From: Torpedo marmorata
Taxonomy: Eukaryota
DNA: 64,000 nucleotides
NCBI GenBank assembly: GCA_977017645.1
Contig: OZ360252.1
Coordinates: 17,794,001-17,858,000, forward strand
Direction of reading: 5' to 3'
Numbering within the stretch: the stretch's first letter is position 1; every line of letters begins with the position of its first letter. The notes below the pieces were generated by a model. The model did no database searches and was not told the DNA's origin. It was given only the letters and a program-made list of their open reading frames with translations. Shown here piece by piece: positions 62,690 to 64,000 of this stretch. The position numbers were made by a program, and so were the translations under genes.

Positions 62690-63200
62690 TTCAGCGTGAA
62701 TGCCACCCGCATCCACCACCTTCCGCTGGCAGTTCGTTCCACTCTCTCGCCACCCTCTGGGTGAAAACGTTCCCGCGAATGCTGCCTTTAACAATTCATC
62801 TTTCACTCTTAACCCATGTGCTCTGGTTCTTGTCACACCCAGCCTGAGTGGAACAAAGCCTGTTGGCAATTACCCTATCGATAACTTCATAGCTTAACAT
62901 ACCTCTATCAAATCTCCCCTCATTCTCCGAAGCTGCGAGGGGGCTAACAGTCCCAATCACTTAACTACTCAAGTCCCGAAAACATCCTTGTAAATTCTCT
63001 CCGCAATTTTTAAATCTTATTGCTCTCTTTCCTGTAATCAGGTGACCAAACGTGCACACAATACACCAAATATGGCCTGAAAATGTTCATACAGCTTTAA
63101 CAGAACATACCAATTCCTGCACTCAATAGGTTGATTTATGAAGGCCAATGAACCAAAACTTTCTTTATGACCCCATCCAGCTGTGACGCAACTTTCAATT
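62690..63200 (-). mobile_element. CR1 3' fragment
   Basis: AFINQ.IE, CVHVWSPDYRK, TRTRAHGLRVK on the minus strand. Confidence 0.75.
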
Positions 63201-63329
63201 AATCACTACATACTGACGCAGTTGATGAAGGACATTAACATCAGAGCAGGTGCTGGTGATGGAGATCATTATAGATTGGTACTTGATGGTCTAACTCGAC
63301 CTGTGTCACCAAGGGATTTTGCCTGTGCT

Positions 63330-63620
63330 CTATGAATTAATGACTCAATGCACTTTGCAGTGACTTTGCTTAGATCAACATCATTAATACACAAAACTAT
63401 CCAAAGGCGGTGAGCAGACTTCACCTGGCCTTTATCTTCCCAAGTATCATAATTTAGTCCCTCTGCATCATTGATCATAATGCTAATACGATGTTCGTGC
63501 TTTCCCTGGCCATTTATGTGCACCATCACACCCCATGTGCTGCCAGAGTGTAGAGATGACCATAACTTTCTGGTCTTTAAATCTACTCCGGCAAGGGAGG
63601 TTAATAACAACACAGAAACT
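63330..63620 (+). mobile_element. Decayed LINE AP-endonuclease remnant (possibly RTE clade)
   Basis: Ordered traces IINT, FTW, IDH and ECRDDHNFLV (compare DCxSDHxLL), spread across frames. Confidence 0.35.
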
Positions 63621-64000
63621 AATACGGCAGGATCTGAACAAAAATCAGAAGCCCCGATCTCGCTGTGGACTGGATTGAATCACGCAGATACCTACCAGGA
63701 ATACACTGTGCCTGGAAAGTTCCTGTTCCATTTTATAGAGTGAGGAAACTATCACGTCAGACTTCCCTCATCAGCATTTTTGGTAATTATTCATTTTTGC
63801 TGTAACCCACATCACGCAGCACTCCCTGATGACTCTCTGATGTTGATGTCTGGCTTGGAGTTCATCAAGTTTGTTCTCCAAGGATTGTAGGTTGGCCAGG
63901 AGGATGGTAGGGAGCGGAAGCTTCAGGTCCCGGCGTCTCAGCTTGACCTGTAGCCCCCCTCTGCGTCCACGTGATCGGGTCTTCTTTACCTGGCCCGTGG

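Noticed and set aside
1-64000. CRISPR arrays, rRNA, prokaryotic operons or endogenous viral genes
   Set aside because: No regularly spaced repeats or such homology were seen; the sequence is intron- and TE-rich vertebrate DNA.

Overview
Repeat-dense vertebrate genomic DNA. The TE set (HE1/V-SINE-like SINEs, CR1/HER1-type LINEs, fish-type L1, Rex1/Babar, Penelope-like elements, Tc1) suggests a cartilaginous fish, probably a ray; this is an inference. Two convergent host genes can be reconstructed by hand. (1) A two-exon class A GPCR of the GPR139-like family on + (1714-1837 joined to 2475-3367, 338 aa), with D2.50 replaced by Gly. (2) A roughly 37 kb minus-strand type I membrane receptor of the CD163/WC1/SCART class: a candidate leader at 48264, seven group B SRCR exons, a linker exon, a TM exon with a glutamate in the helix, and at least three Tyr-bearing cytoplasmic exons (AIYEEI, IEYYTS, DYDRAE), about 920 aa in total. 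The introns and flanks hold a three-level CR1 nest, a three-level L1 nest whose outer copy has a twin-priming 5' inversion, a TSD-bounded solo LTR, two full-length IR/DR Tc1 copies in inverted orientation, a probable piggyBac fossil, and many Penelope-derived termini and hairpins carrying minimal hammerhead ribozyme cores. There are two N gaps. Splice sites and TSDs were read by eye, repeat boundaries are approximate, and no database search was run.
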